In this document: piece after piece, positions 1 through 8,822 of the stretch
How positions within the stretch are numbered: position 1 is the first letter of the stretch
Layout of the letters: each line of letters starts with the position of its first letter
Source of the DNA: a virus
Lineage: Duplodnaviria; Caudoviricetes
Direction: 5' to 3' (one strand)
Virus record (IMG/VR): IMGVR_UViG_3300039306_000021
Span: 1-36,244 of that record
DNA length: 36,244 bases
Position numbers and translations under genes: made by a program
Notes under the pieces: generated by a model
Told to the model about the DNA's origin: nothing
The model's database searches: none
Seen by the model: the letters and a program-made list of their open reading frames with translations, nothing else

Positions 1-513
1 ATGAAGAATTTGGCCTACTACCTGCTATTCGGCTCCAGCCTTGTGCTGGCTGGCTGTAACGATAAAAAAGGCGATCCACAAACAGACACGCAAGAGCCCG
101 CGGAGTCAACCCAGTTTCGGGTAGTGGTGAAAGCCACTCAATCTGGTAAGCAGACAGGTACCAGCGCACGGGTAACACTCTCCGGCATTCCCATAAAGTC
201 AGGCAATGGCGTTTTCATGAGTGCCCCTATCTACCCAAATTCAACCCAAACAGTTGTCATTGACAAGCAATGGAGAAAAGTAGATTATCCTAGTAAAAAA
301 ATATACGTCAGCTTATATTATGAAGACGTATTGCACTCTACCTTTTCAGCCCCAACGGGTACGGATAAAACTGAGATTGATGTATCCGTAGACGGCGGTG
401 AGCCCAGTCGTTTGCTACTTAATGCTGCCGCGTTCAACGATCCTTCCTTGCGCTGGAAGGATGCGCAAGGCAAAACAAATGTAGGGATAGAGACAACCAT
501 CGCTTACAAATAA
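1..513 (+). CDS. Lipoprotein, unknown function
   Basis: N-terminus MKNLAYYLLFGSSLVLAG-C is a type II signal peptide with a lipobox; 170 aa. Confidence 0.8.
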   Translation: MKNLAYYLLFGSSLVLAGCNDKKGDPQTDTQEPAESTQFRVVVKATQSGKQTGTSARVTLSGIPIKSGNGVFMSAPIYPNSTQTVVIDKQWRKVDYPSKKIYVSLYYEDVLHSTFSAPTGTDKTEIDVSVDGGEPSRLLLNAAAFNDPSLRWKDAQGKTNVGIETTIAYK

Positions 514-1030
514 CCCTGCCATGAAAAAGCCTCGCCTCTCATAGTAGGTAAGTCCTTTTTATAGGGTTGCTCTTGCACCTTTTGCCGTATCACTGATATA
601 ACAAGAGGCAACATCGTACAATTCGAATATCTCGACATCAATTACTCTTCTTGAGACAGTGTAGTCATACAGATAATTTTATCCAACCTATTCGCTTTCT
701 CTAATTAGTTAGTAGTTATAAAAAATGATCCGATTGCTACGATTTGCTCCCCTCATGGTGGGTAACTCTGATGCTACTAATAACCCAGCACCCGTCACAT
801 AAAACCAGCCAGAGTATTATAGCACATATGAGGAGAGGCTTGCAAAGGGGCAAATCATCCGCAGCAGTTCAGTAATGAATACGGTGGAATACTCAAGATT
901 TTAAGGATGCTATCACTACTAAAAAGAGACCGTACAAGTAAGCAATTCTGAACGGTAAGCCGGAATTGCCGGCAATACTGGCGTGATCTGCTCTATGGCT
1001 TGTAAAAACCTATTTTGCTTCTAAAAAACA

Positions 1031-1063
1031 AGAGCCCTGGCCTAGATAGACCAGGGCTTTTTT
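1031..1063. terminator. Intrinsic terminator, probably bidirectional
   Basis: AGCCCTGG-10 nt-CCAGGGCT stem followed by a T run and preceded by an A-rich stretch. Confidence 0.7.
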
Positions 1064-1204
1064 GTGGTATAGCAGATCCATTAAAGGCGTCAAAATGCGG
1101 GATATAGCGGAACCATACTCTTGCAAAACAAATGGCCACTCAACTACAGGCTCAAATATGATTACCGCAAGCAGAAGCAATGATCGCAATCGAGTGGTGA
1201 CTCC

Positions 1205-1384
1205 TTAAGGCTGTTTCAGATGCGGTACAGAATCAGCAAGTTCTATAACTGGCTTTTCTGCATTAAGTAGAGTGCTATCACCCGCCATAGGAATAGCAGT
1301 TTGTTGCGCAGTCTGCTCTTGAGGCGCGTGATTACAACTGGTCAAGGATAAGGAAAGAAGAGTAGCAACCAGAAGCTTTTTCAT
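1205..1384 (-). CDS. Small lipoprotein (59 aa, possibly truncated)
   Basis: MKKLLVATLLSLSLTS-C lipobox; start moved to the ATG at 1384. Confidence 0.6.
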   Translation of the reverse strand: MKKLLVATLLSLSLTSCNHAPQEQTAQQTAIPMAGDSTLLNAEKPVIELADSVPHLKQP

Positions 1385-1459
1385 AGTGGCGGACAACGTA
1401 TACATGCTAACTATACGGGGAACGTTGCCCTGCGTAGGTTGGTGCTTTTCAAATGTTGC

Positions 1460-2000
1460 TAACGCGCCTTATTAAGCGGTCTAAGCTGACTTTTCAGGTT
1501 GAGTGTCATAGTTATGCGTAATCTCCTTTTCACGATCAAAAGAAGCTGTCGGAGTGACAGGAGTTAATTCAATTTATAATCATACGCCACTTCCCGTCTT
1601 TCTAAGAACGAACTCAACCTCTACTTCCAGCTTAGTTAAACCAAAATCTTTTGTATTCTAAATACCTTCCGCTGCCTCAATAGTTGACTTTAGGTACGAT
1701 CTGTATGTCTCAACCTTATCTGCAGTCATAACACTGTCCTGTAGATTCTTATTCTTGTTTTCCTCAAATGAGAATGTGGCTTTTTTGGAGTTCGACTTAG
1801 CTCTTGAGTACTCTCTAGAAAGCACCCACAGCTTGACGCCACCACTAGTCGTGGTAGTAGCGAATACTAAATCAATGTTCTCGATCTACAGCATCATTTT
1901 TTCTGATTCAGCAATGGCTTCCTATGTTGGCTAGATAAACAGTTCTAAATGTTTGATTTACGTCTACTACTTCTACTTTTTCCTGATTCTGTTGCGCAGA
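1460..2000 (-). pseudogene. Decayed gene with two Trypco2-like (trypsin-co-occurring) domains
   Basis: Manual translation gives L*IENIDLVFATTTTSGGVKLWVLSREYSRAKSNSKKATFSF and FGLTKLEVEVEFVLRKTGSGV*L*IELTPVTPTASFDREKEITH, with 4 in-frame stops and frameshifts at both ends. Confidence 0.5.
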
Positions 2001-2327
2001 CTATGGGAACCGCGGGCCTGGTACTATTCAGGCCTCTGTTCATAGCACCAAGGCGCACGTTAGCAATGTCACCCTCAGCAATAAGCGTGGCCGGGTCTCC
2101 CTACCCGCGCTTACCACCCAGGTGCAGCTGCTTATACGCGAGGAGGATAGTTACAAGAAGGCTTTAGGTTAGAATACCGATAGCAGGGCCGCTAAAAAGG
2201 TCACTTGATGAAAAGCTTACAGAAAGCAATATGGGCGCATTCTTGTGATATGGGCACAAAAAAAGCCGTCCCCACCCGGAAACGACTAATCTTTGTTTAT
2301 ACGCTGAGAACGCACTTTTATCAAAAC

Positions 2328-2348
2328 TGGGGGCGGATTTGGGGGCGG
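2328..2348 (+). repeat. Tandem direct repeat TGGGGGCGG x2 (12-bp period), possible integrase arm-type site
   Basis: Exact 9-mer at 2328 and 2340 in AT-rich intergenic DNA; the function is inferred. Confidence 0.35.
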
Positions 2349-2438
2349 GTGTTCGTTTATAAACTCAATTTTTGCTTCACTATTGCAACCAATTCATGTT
2401 GTAGAGGCTCTACTAGTTACACCTATCTCCTATTCGTG

Positions 2439-2873
2439 ATGAAACATCTACTAGTCCCTTTCCTCGCCCTAGCTACACTAGCCTCTTGCCAGAAGGATGA
2501 CTCGGCAGAGGTGCAGGTGGGCGCGTATCCCCAAACGTGGCAATTAGTTAAATCAACGTCATCCTGGACAAACAAGGTCTGGACGGGCGCGGAACTACCT
2601 TATCAAGAGAAATACGTGTTCCAAGCCGATAGCACCTTCACTAAAACGCGACAAGAAGGTGATCAGACGCTTGAAGCGAGCGGTACCTTTTCCGTGCGTC
2701 CCTACGGCGGTAGGCAGTATACCATTCTCACCTACAGCGCGGCTAGTAAACTGATTGGCACGTGCTACTCCCGCTCACTGCGGGAAGACCTCGCGCAGAT
2801 GGCAAGCGATACCCTTCGCAATACGTGGGAAGCTTGTGATGGCCCTCGCCTCGAATACAAGCGAGTGCAATAG
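2439..2873 (+). CDS. Lipocalin-like surface lipoprotein
   Basis: Likely start MKHLLVPFLALATLAS-CQKDD; TWQLV and F..D.TF beta-barrel pattern; QKDD resembles the Bacteroidota lipoprotein export signal. Confidence 0.75.
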   Translation: MKHLLVPFLALATLASCQKDDSAEVQVGAYPQTWQLVKSTSSWTNKVWTGAELPYQEKYVFQADSTFTKTRQEGDQTLEASGTFSVRPYGGRQYTILTYSAASKLIGTCYSRSLREDLAQMASDTLRNTWEACDGPRLEYKRVQ

Positions 2874-2892
2874 CCTTACTGGAAGTAATCGG

Positions 2893-3447
2893 CTAGTGGC
2901 TCAGTAGTCGCTTGTAGCGCTTGACGGTACTCTCACTAATGCCTGTTACCTCCACAATCTGGTGCACGGAAAGACCTGCCGCAAGGGAGGTCTTTACTTT
3001 TTTAAGCCGTTCCTCATCCACACCGACTGGCCGGCCCATGTGTTTCCCCTGAGCCTTGGCCAGCTCGATGCCCGCCTGGCGCCGCTCCCCGTTACTCTCC
3101 CGCTCAAACTCGGCCAGCGCCGCAAACACCGAGAGCACCATACGCCCGGCCGGCGTATTGGTGTCGATGCCCAGGTCGAGCGCCACAAAGCGGATATCGT
3201 TTTTGCTGAAGTCGGCAATGAGCTGTATGATGTGGGCGGTGTTGCGGCCGAGGCGCGAGAGCCGGTTCACCAGCACCGTGTCGCCGGGCCTGAGCATGGC
3301 CAGTAGCTTGTCGAGTTCGGGACGGCTCGTGCTGGCGCCGGTTATCTTCTCCTGATAGATGCGGTCGGCGCCGGCCGCCGTGAGTTCCTGAAGTTGGGTA
3401 TCGAGGTTCTGATCCTTCGCCGACACACGGGCGTAACCAAAGTTCAT
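2893..3447 (-). CDS. Small serine recombinase (resolvase/invertase family)
   Basis: GYARVS catalytic motif, RLSRLGR, FAALAEFER..ER, MGRP linker and C-terminal HTH; 184 aa. Confidence 0.95.
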   Translation of the reverse strand: MNFGYARVSAKDQNLDTQLQELTAAGADRIYQEKITGASTSRPELDKLLAMLRPGDTVLVNRLSRLGRNTAHIIQLIADFSKNDIRFVALDLGIDTNTPAGRMVLSVFAALAEFERESNGERRQAGIELAKAQGKHMGRPVGVDEERLKKVKTSLAAGLSVHQIVEVTGISESTVKRYKRLLSH

Positions 3448-3449
3448 AA

Positions 3450-3590
3450 ATAGGTCAAAAAGGTTGGTTCAGAAAGGTACGCCTTACAGCTTGCTTGACC
3501 CTACTTTTTGGCCCCATCTTTTGCACATAAGTCGGCCCCCACCGAATCAAGTTCAGCGGGGGCCGAATAGGTATACCTTAATGAGCCATC
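3450..3590. promoter_or_regulatory. Probable res site / autoregulatory region of the resolvase
   Basis: Inverted pair GGTCAAAAAG (3453) / CTTTTTGGCC (3504); TCGGCCCCC/GGGGGCCGA dyad at 3532-3566; palindrome AGGTATACCT at 3569-3578 resembling a site I core. Confidence 0.5.
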
Positions 3591-3618
3591 TTACTGGTAT
3601 GTTCGGCCACAGTAGAAG

Positions 3619-4110
3619 CTAAATGGCCGAATAACAGATTTCTTCCACAACTTGGCCCTGTATACTTGACTGGGCCTGTTTTATGGTCAGCGTTGTCTCC
3701 GATAGTTCTACGATGTCATACACGTCGCTGTAGGGGCTAAAGGGACGGGCGAAGGCCATGATCAGCTGCGATTCATTGCTTCCCGGACGAAAGCTCCAGC
3801 GATCTACCCGCTGTTGAGGATCACCCGGCGCGCACGTCATGGCTCCTTCGTCGAGCAGGAGGCTGTAATCAGGCTTAAACTGGAGAAAATCATCGTGCCA
3901 ACAGGCAGGGCGGCCGTCGTAGACATTGCCCCCCGTGAAGGCTTTACGGTTCGTGCCAAAGGGAGACGACACGGTGTGCCCTACTTCCCGCCATGGGCGG
4001 CGGGTCAGCAGGTCCATCTTGGACGGGGGAACAATGGGTGTTGCTGGCTCTTTTTTACAGCCAACCAGCATAGCTGGTGCAACTAGAAGTAATAGAAATT
4101 TTCGTGTCAA
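3619..4110 (-). CDS. Lipocalin-like surface lipoprotein
   Basis: TTG start; MTRKFLLLLVAPAMLVG-CKKE lipobox; LLT..PW, C..DD...F and DEG...C patterns typical of Cytophagales lipocalin-like lipoproteins. Confidence 0.75.
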   Translation of the reverse strand: MTRKFLLLLVAPAMLVGCKKEPATPIVPPSKMDLLTRRPWREVGHTVSSPFGTNRKAFTGGNVYDGRPACWHDDFLQFKPDYSLLLDEGAMTCAPGDPQQRVDRWSFRPGSNESQLIMAFARPFSPYSDVYDIVELSETTLTIKQAQSSIQGQVVEEICYSAI

Positions 4111-4439
4111 GGAGATAAAGAATACAGGTCGTGACCAAGATAGGAAAACAACTTAAAACACGCGTCCAGCGAAAGGGTCGTAAGAGTGCCTTTTATCCAA
4201 GCTAGTAGCAGAAGAGCAAGCTTAGCTGTAGGCCAAGCACTTTTTTTTGCCCTCCTTTAAACGGCATAAAAAATGACCCCGAAAAAACGCATTTTCGGGG
4301 CCGTTGAAACTGGTGGCAAAAAAGTGCTAACACCGGACGTTTCTTGGATGGGTCTATAAGGCTTAAGTTGATTAGCTAGTTCAAGCTATATAAGACGGAA
4401 ATAGTTATAGGATCAAAATAGAGCGCATAATATGATCAC

Positions 4440-4934
4440 TTATCGTAAAACGAACGATTCCACTACGGACCTATAGGTATTTCTTAATGATTCCACGTCT
4501 TCCATACCACAACTCGTAGTTAGTACGTACAGATTTCTACCTCTAAAGAACATGCAAGACGTTATTCGAACTTGACTGTTCGCTCCTGCTGACACTATAG
4601 TATAGAAATAGTCTCTTCCATTTACATAACCTAATCCCCTACTAAGAATTCTTGGGTTTCTGACTTGCTGTCGGTAACCTGAGAGCAGCATTTCGTTTGA
4701 TACTTCGCTAAAATCTTCAGCATTCCCTTCACTCGATAATCTAGTAATTCGCACACCGATACTACTACCATTATACCCCATGGCATAGTAATCATACCCT
4801 GGTAGTGATGTTACTGTGAACCCTCTAGGGGTTGTCAAACTATAATCGTACGTGCGACTTCTGGATGTACCCTGCGCTAAACTGGCCATCGACATTCCGA
4901 GTACAATAGCGAGAATTAATAAGATGTTTTTCAT
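4440..4934 (-). CDS. Secreted protein, possible PsbP/Mog1/DcrB-like fold (moron)
   Basis: Signal peptide MKNILLILAIVLGMSMASLA-Q; AT-rich; Y.L..P.GF ... NG ... LYVLT ... VVESFVL pattern. Confidence 0.6.
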   Translation of the reverse strand: MKNILLILAIVLGMSMASLAQGTSRSRTYDYSLTTPRGFTVTSLPGYDYYAMGYNGSSIGVRITRLSSEGNAEDFSEVSNEMLLSGYRQQVRNPRILSRGLGYVNGRDYFYTIVSAGANSQVRITSCMFFRGRNLYVLTTSCGMEDVESLRNTYRSVVESFVLR

Positions 4935-5018
4935 ATCATCAATATATGCATTATTATTACTATATATATTAATATTTGGAAAAATCCACGATAGCAACTG
5001 ACACCGGTAAAGCTTCCT

Positions 5019-8000
5019 TTAGGAAATTCCACCAGCAGCCTTTACCTTCTTTACATACGCTAGATCATCGTCTAATTCGCCGGTGTGCTGCACCACCTGC
5101 AGCGTTGTGGCCCAGGACTCCATCTTCCCAAGTCGGCTGCTGAGTTGCAGCAGCACGTCGCGGTTCTCGCGCAGCAACTGCGCCATATCTCCTCCACCGG
5201 CCGAGTCGCCGGTGACTACAGGTGGAGCCGCCTGAGAGGTAGGCCCACCGACGATGAAGCCGCGCTGCTGGCGCTTGGCTTCCAGCCACTGCTCGACCTG
5301 CACCACCTGCGGATCCTTGCGCAGCCACTCCGGTATCACGTACTCATTCTCATGCACGACGCCGGCGATGGGGAAACCAGCTGCATCAAGCAGCTTACCA
5401 TTGGCACCCACTTGCGCGCCACCCGTAGGCCCACCCTCCCGGAAGCCCAGACCCAGGATCTTGGCTGTCGCGGCCGCGGCGCCGGCCGTCGACAGCGCAT
5501 TGGAAGCGACCGTGTAGGCCACGCCGAGCGGCACAGTGAAGGGCGGCGCCATGGCCGATATCTTGGCGCCAGCCTCGGAGTTTGCGGCCCACTGCTTGGG
5601 TACACTCATGGCAATTTCCGCAATGGCCAGCGTCTTCTGCAGCGCCATAGCTGCTTTGTAGAGCACCGTCTTTTTCCCCAGCGAATCCATCAGCATAGTT
5701 ACCTCCTCCGAACTCATCAGCTTGCGGCCCAGCGCAATGGCTTTCTCAAAGTTCGACTGGTCACCATCGAGCTTTTTCTTCTTGGCGGCGTAGTCGGCGT
5801 CGTTCTGGGTTTTCTCGGTCGTGAGCTTCTTATACTCCACCGACTCAGCGCCCAGCTTCTCCTTAATCAGCGCCATCTCCCGCTCGTTTGCCGACTGCTT
5901 CACAGCGTACACCGCATCCTGGTAGGCCTGCTCGGTGAACTGCCCACCAGCCAGCTTCAGGTCCAGCTCGGCCAGGGCCTGCTCCTGCTCAGCCTGGGCA
6001 ATAGCAATTTTCTTATCAATTGCCTCCTGCCGGCGCTTCTCATCCTCGGCATCGAACTTGGCCTGCAGCTCACGCAGGGCCAGGTCTCGATCCTTTACGA
6101 TGGCCTCCAACTGCTCGGAGTAGTCCTGCTCCTGGCCAGTGAGTTTACCTACTTGCGCCGTAGCGGCCTCGAACAGCTTCTGGCGCTGCTGGTCGCGGCG
6201 CAGCAGCTCGTCATTGTAGCCGGCCCGGTCGCGCTGCGCCGAGAGCGTATTGCGAAACTCCAGCTCCTGGCCCTCGGCTTTTACCCACACTTTGGTAGCA
6301 TCCAGGCTTTCCTGATCATGCTTTTTCTGCGCAGTTAGCCGCTCTTTTCGCTCTTTTTCACGGGCCTTTTGGGCATCGCTGGCCGCTTTATCGCGCTGGG
6401 CCTGGGTGGTCCCATCGCCACCAGCGGCACGAGTGGGCGGCTCCACACCACCGGCGGCCACGGTGCTCTTGGCCTGCACCGGCCCCTCTTTGGCCAGGGC
6501 GGCAGTGAAGGCTTTCTGGAACGAGGAGGCCGCATCGGAGCCCAGGGCGCCGAACTCCCGCTTGGCCCCATCGAAGTCACCGCGCAGGGCGGCCTTGATG
6601 CCGGCACCCACTCGCGAGAAGGCCGCATCAGCCGAGGCCGACCAGCCGGCGAAGTAGGCCGGCCCCTCCATCAGGATGTTGTAGAGGTTGCGGATTGGGG
6701 CCACCATCAGGTAGAGGAAGCCGCGGGCAATTTCCGATTGCTTGGCCCACTCGATGATACCCTTGGCGGCCATGGCAAAGCCCTCGTAGGAAAGCTTCAG
6801 CGGAATGAGCAGCACCCGCAGAACGGTCCCGATGCCGGTGGCAATGTCTTTTACCAGGCTGCCTTCCTTGCTCACCAGCCCCATGGACTCACCTAGCTCC
6901 AGTAGCTCCTGCCAGATTTCCTGCACCGGCGCATACAGTTCCTTGAACGTGACGGCCAGCGAGGCCAGCAGCGTGTAGAGGAAGGTCATGGCCCCATTGG
7001 TGAGCACCTCGACGGAAGCCCCGGTGCCCTCAAACTCTTTGGCCAGATCATTCTGGGCGCCGGCCAGCTCCTTCTGCGACGCGAGCAGGCGCTGCTGCTG
7101 GAGCACGTAGGGGTTGGTCTGGTCGATGAGGGTATCGATACCACCACCGATGTTTTTCAGCGACTTCAGGTACTCGATGCCGGCATCTTCCCCAGGGCCA
7201 CCAAATACGTCGGCAATGACGGTCTGCAGCTGCGAAGCCGGAATCTTGGTGTCGTTCATCTGCTGCGACACTTGCTGCAGCGCCTGCACCGACGTGATGC
7301 TGCCGTCGTTGATACCCTTAAACAGCTTCTGGGTAAACTCGGTCCCGAACGCCGCCTCCATGGCGTCGCTGGTGGACTTGGTTTGCTCCCGGATCCGCAG
7401 GCCAAATTCCTTCACCACGTCGGCACCCTTATCCGAAAACACCCCATCGGTCTGGGACTTGCTCACGATGGCGATGAATTCGGAGGCCGACACGCCGGCG
7501 GCCTTAAACTGGCCAGGGTATTCCTTCACTTGGTCGAGAAACTCGCCGTTGATGTCGGCGCCGGCCACGAAGCCTTTCTCCAGCAGGCTCAGGGCTTCCT
7601 TCTGAGAAATGCCCATTTGCTTGCTCAGCGCGTTACTGGCCACGAGCACCTCATTGTACTCCTTGCCAAACATCTGTGACAGGCCGCGCACGCCCACGGC
7701 CAGCTCATCCAGCTCGGCCCCCGTGGCGCCGGTGAGCCCGTTGATATCGGCGCGCATCTTGCCTAGTTCCTTGGTGGTGTTAATCACCTCGGCACCCAGC
7801 TCCTTCAGCATATCGAGGGCGGCTTCAGCGGAAACAGTTACTCCAGCAAACGCCAGCGCATCTTTAAAGGTGAGGCCCTGATCGGCGGCCTCCCCCATTT
7901 CCTTCTTCACGCCCTCGATCCGGTCCTGCAGCTCGCGGTAGTCCTTGATCATTTTGGCCCGGCCCGGATCGTCGCTGGCCACGTCGTGCAGCTGCCGCTC

Positions 8001-8360
8001 CAGCTGCGCGGCCGCCAGCTTCATCTGGCCGAAGGTGGCCTCGACCTTCTGGCCATTGAGGATCACCTCGCGGTTTTCCTGATTGACTCGCTCCGCGGCT
8101 TCCGCCAACTTGCGGTGCTCCTCAGCCAGCTCCTCCTCTGTCTTAATGACCAGGCGCATCTCGGCCCGGGTTTCAGCAATGCGCGCATTCAGGCGGGCGT
8201 AGTCCTGCTGGAGCTTCTCTCGGCCCGGATCATCCTGGGCCATTTTCGAGAGCTGGCTGTTGAGCACGGCCAGGCCCGCCCCCATTTCCTTGAGGCTGGC
8301 GTTGGGCTGCTGGGCGTCCAGCACGATGCGGACTTTCCGCTCTTCGCTATTCTCTGCCAT
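5019..8360 (-). CDS. Tail tape measure protein
   Basis: 1113 aa, helical and Ala/Leu-rich; DKGADVVKEFGLRIRE and ADVFGGPGEDAG TMP motifs; C-terminal GFREGG..AGVVHENEYV motif; duplicated N-terminal DDPGR unit. Confidence 0.92.
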   Translation of the reverse strand: MAENSEERKVRIVLDAQQPNASLKEMGAGLAVLNSQLSKMAQDDPGREKLQQDYARLNARIAETRAEMRLVIKTEEELAEEHRKLAEAAERVNQENREVILNGQKVEATFGQMKLAAAQLERQLHDVASDDPGRAKMIKDYRELQDRIEGVKKEMGEAADQGLTFKDALAFAGVTVSAEAALDMLKELGAEVINTTKELGKMRADINGLTGATGAELDELAVGVRGLSQMFGKEYNEVLVASNALSKQMGISQKEALSLLEKGFVAGADINGEFLDQVKEYPGQFKAAGVSASEFIAIVSKSQTDGVFSDKGADVVKEFGLRIREQTKSTSDAMEAAFGTEFTQKLFKGINDGSITSVQALQQVSQQMNDTKIPASQLQTVIADVFGGPGEDAGIEYLKSLKNIGGGIDTLIDQTNPYVLQQQRLLASQKELAGAQNDLAKEFEGTGASVEVLTNGAMTFLYTLLASLAVTFKELYAPVQEIWQELLELGESMGLVSKEGSLVKDIATGIGTVLRVLLIPLKLSYEGFAMAAKGIIEWAKQSEIARGFLYLMVAPIRNLYNILMEGPAYFAGWSASADAAFSRVGAGIKAALRGDFDGAKREFGALGSDAASSFQKAFTAALAKEGPVQAKSTVAAGGVEPPTRAAGGDGTTQAQRDKAASDAQKAREKERKERLTAQKKHDQESLDATKVWVKAEGQELEFRNTLSAQRDRAGYNDELLRRDQQRQKLFEAATAQVGKLTGQEQDYSEQLEAIVKDRDLALRELQAKFDAEDEKRRQEAIDKKIAIAQAEQEQALAELDLKLAGGQFTEQAYQDAVYAVKQSANEREMALIKEKLGAESVEYKKLTTEKTQNDADYAAKKKKLDGDQSNFEKAIALGRKLMSSEEVTMLMDSLGKKTVLYKAAMALQKTLAIAEIAMSVPKQWAANSEAGAKISAMAPPFTVPLGVAYTVASNALSTAGAAAATAKILGLGFREGGPTGGAQVGANGKLLDAAGFPIAGVVHENEYVIPEWLRKDPQVVQVEQWLEAKRQQRGFIVGGPTSQAAPPVVTGDSAGGGDMAQLLRENRDVLLQLSSRLGKMESWATTLQVVQHTGELDDDLAYVKKVKAAGGIS

Positions 8361-8372
8361 ACGTGGCTTGCA

Positions 8373-8822
8373 TTAAAAGGTAATAGTCAGGTCCTCGGCC
8401 GGCAGGGCCTCCGACACGGCGCTGAGCAGCAGCGTACCGTGCAGCTCGCTCATCAGCTCTGCCAAACGCTTGGTTTGGTAGCCCAGCTCGCGGCTGTACC
8501 ACTTGCGCGCCTTGCGCTGGTGGCGCTTGAGCTGGCCACGGGTGTTGCGGATCCTCTCGTAGCCATCATCGCCCTTCTTCACGCCCTGGCCCATGCCGCG
8601 GCCGACGCCCAACTCGATAAACTTGCCGTAGAGCGCGTAACTAAGCTGCAGCTGCAGGCGCCCGGAGGCCGAGCCGATAACCTGCTTTTTAAAGCTGGCC
8701 ATCAGCGCGCCGGTGTTCTGGATCCGGAGCTTGCGCATGTTCTCGACGAAGCTCTCGATGGTAAAGTCCAGCCACTTGGTGGCCAGCTCCAGCTGCGCCT
8801 GGTGTAGTTGCTGCTCGGTCAT
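8373..8822 (-). CDS. Putative neck/tail-completion protein
   Basis: Start moved to ATG 8822 (ATGA overlap with the upstream stop); NTGALMAS and YGKFIELGVGRG motifs reminiscent of HK97 gp10-like proteins. Confidence 0.55.
   Translation of the reverse strand: MTEQQLHQAQLELATKWLDFTIESFVENMRKLRIQNTGALMASFKKQVIGSASGRLQLQLSYALYGKFIELGVGRGMGQGVKKGDDGYERIRNTRGQLKRHQRKARKWYSRELGYQTKRLAELMSELHGTLLLSAVSEALPAEDLTITF

Noticed and set aside
540-1020. Possible gene or ncRNA in the AT-rich gap
   Set aside because: Only short broken frames were found, with no tRNA-like or otherwise recognisable structure.
2205-2438. N-terminal extensions in the ORF track (also for the ORFs ending at 8900, 13023, 14490, 21462, 25353, 27510 and 36230)
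   Set aside because: Downstream starts fit signal peptides, stop-start overlaps or promoter positions better.
2439-4110. Shufflon or invertible lipoprotein switch driven by the recombinase
   Set aside because: No matching inverted crossover sites were found in or around the two genes, and each gene has its own signal peptide.
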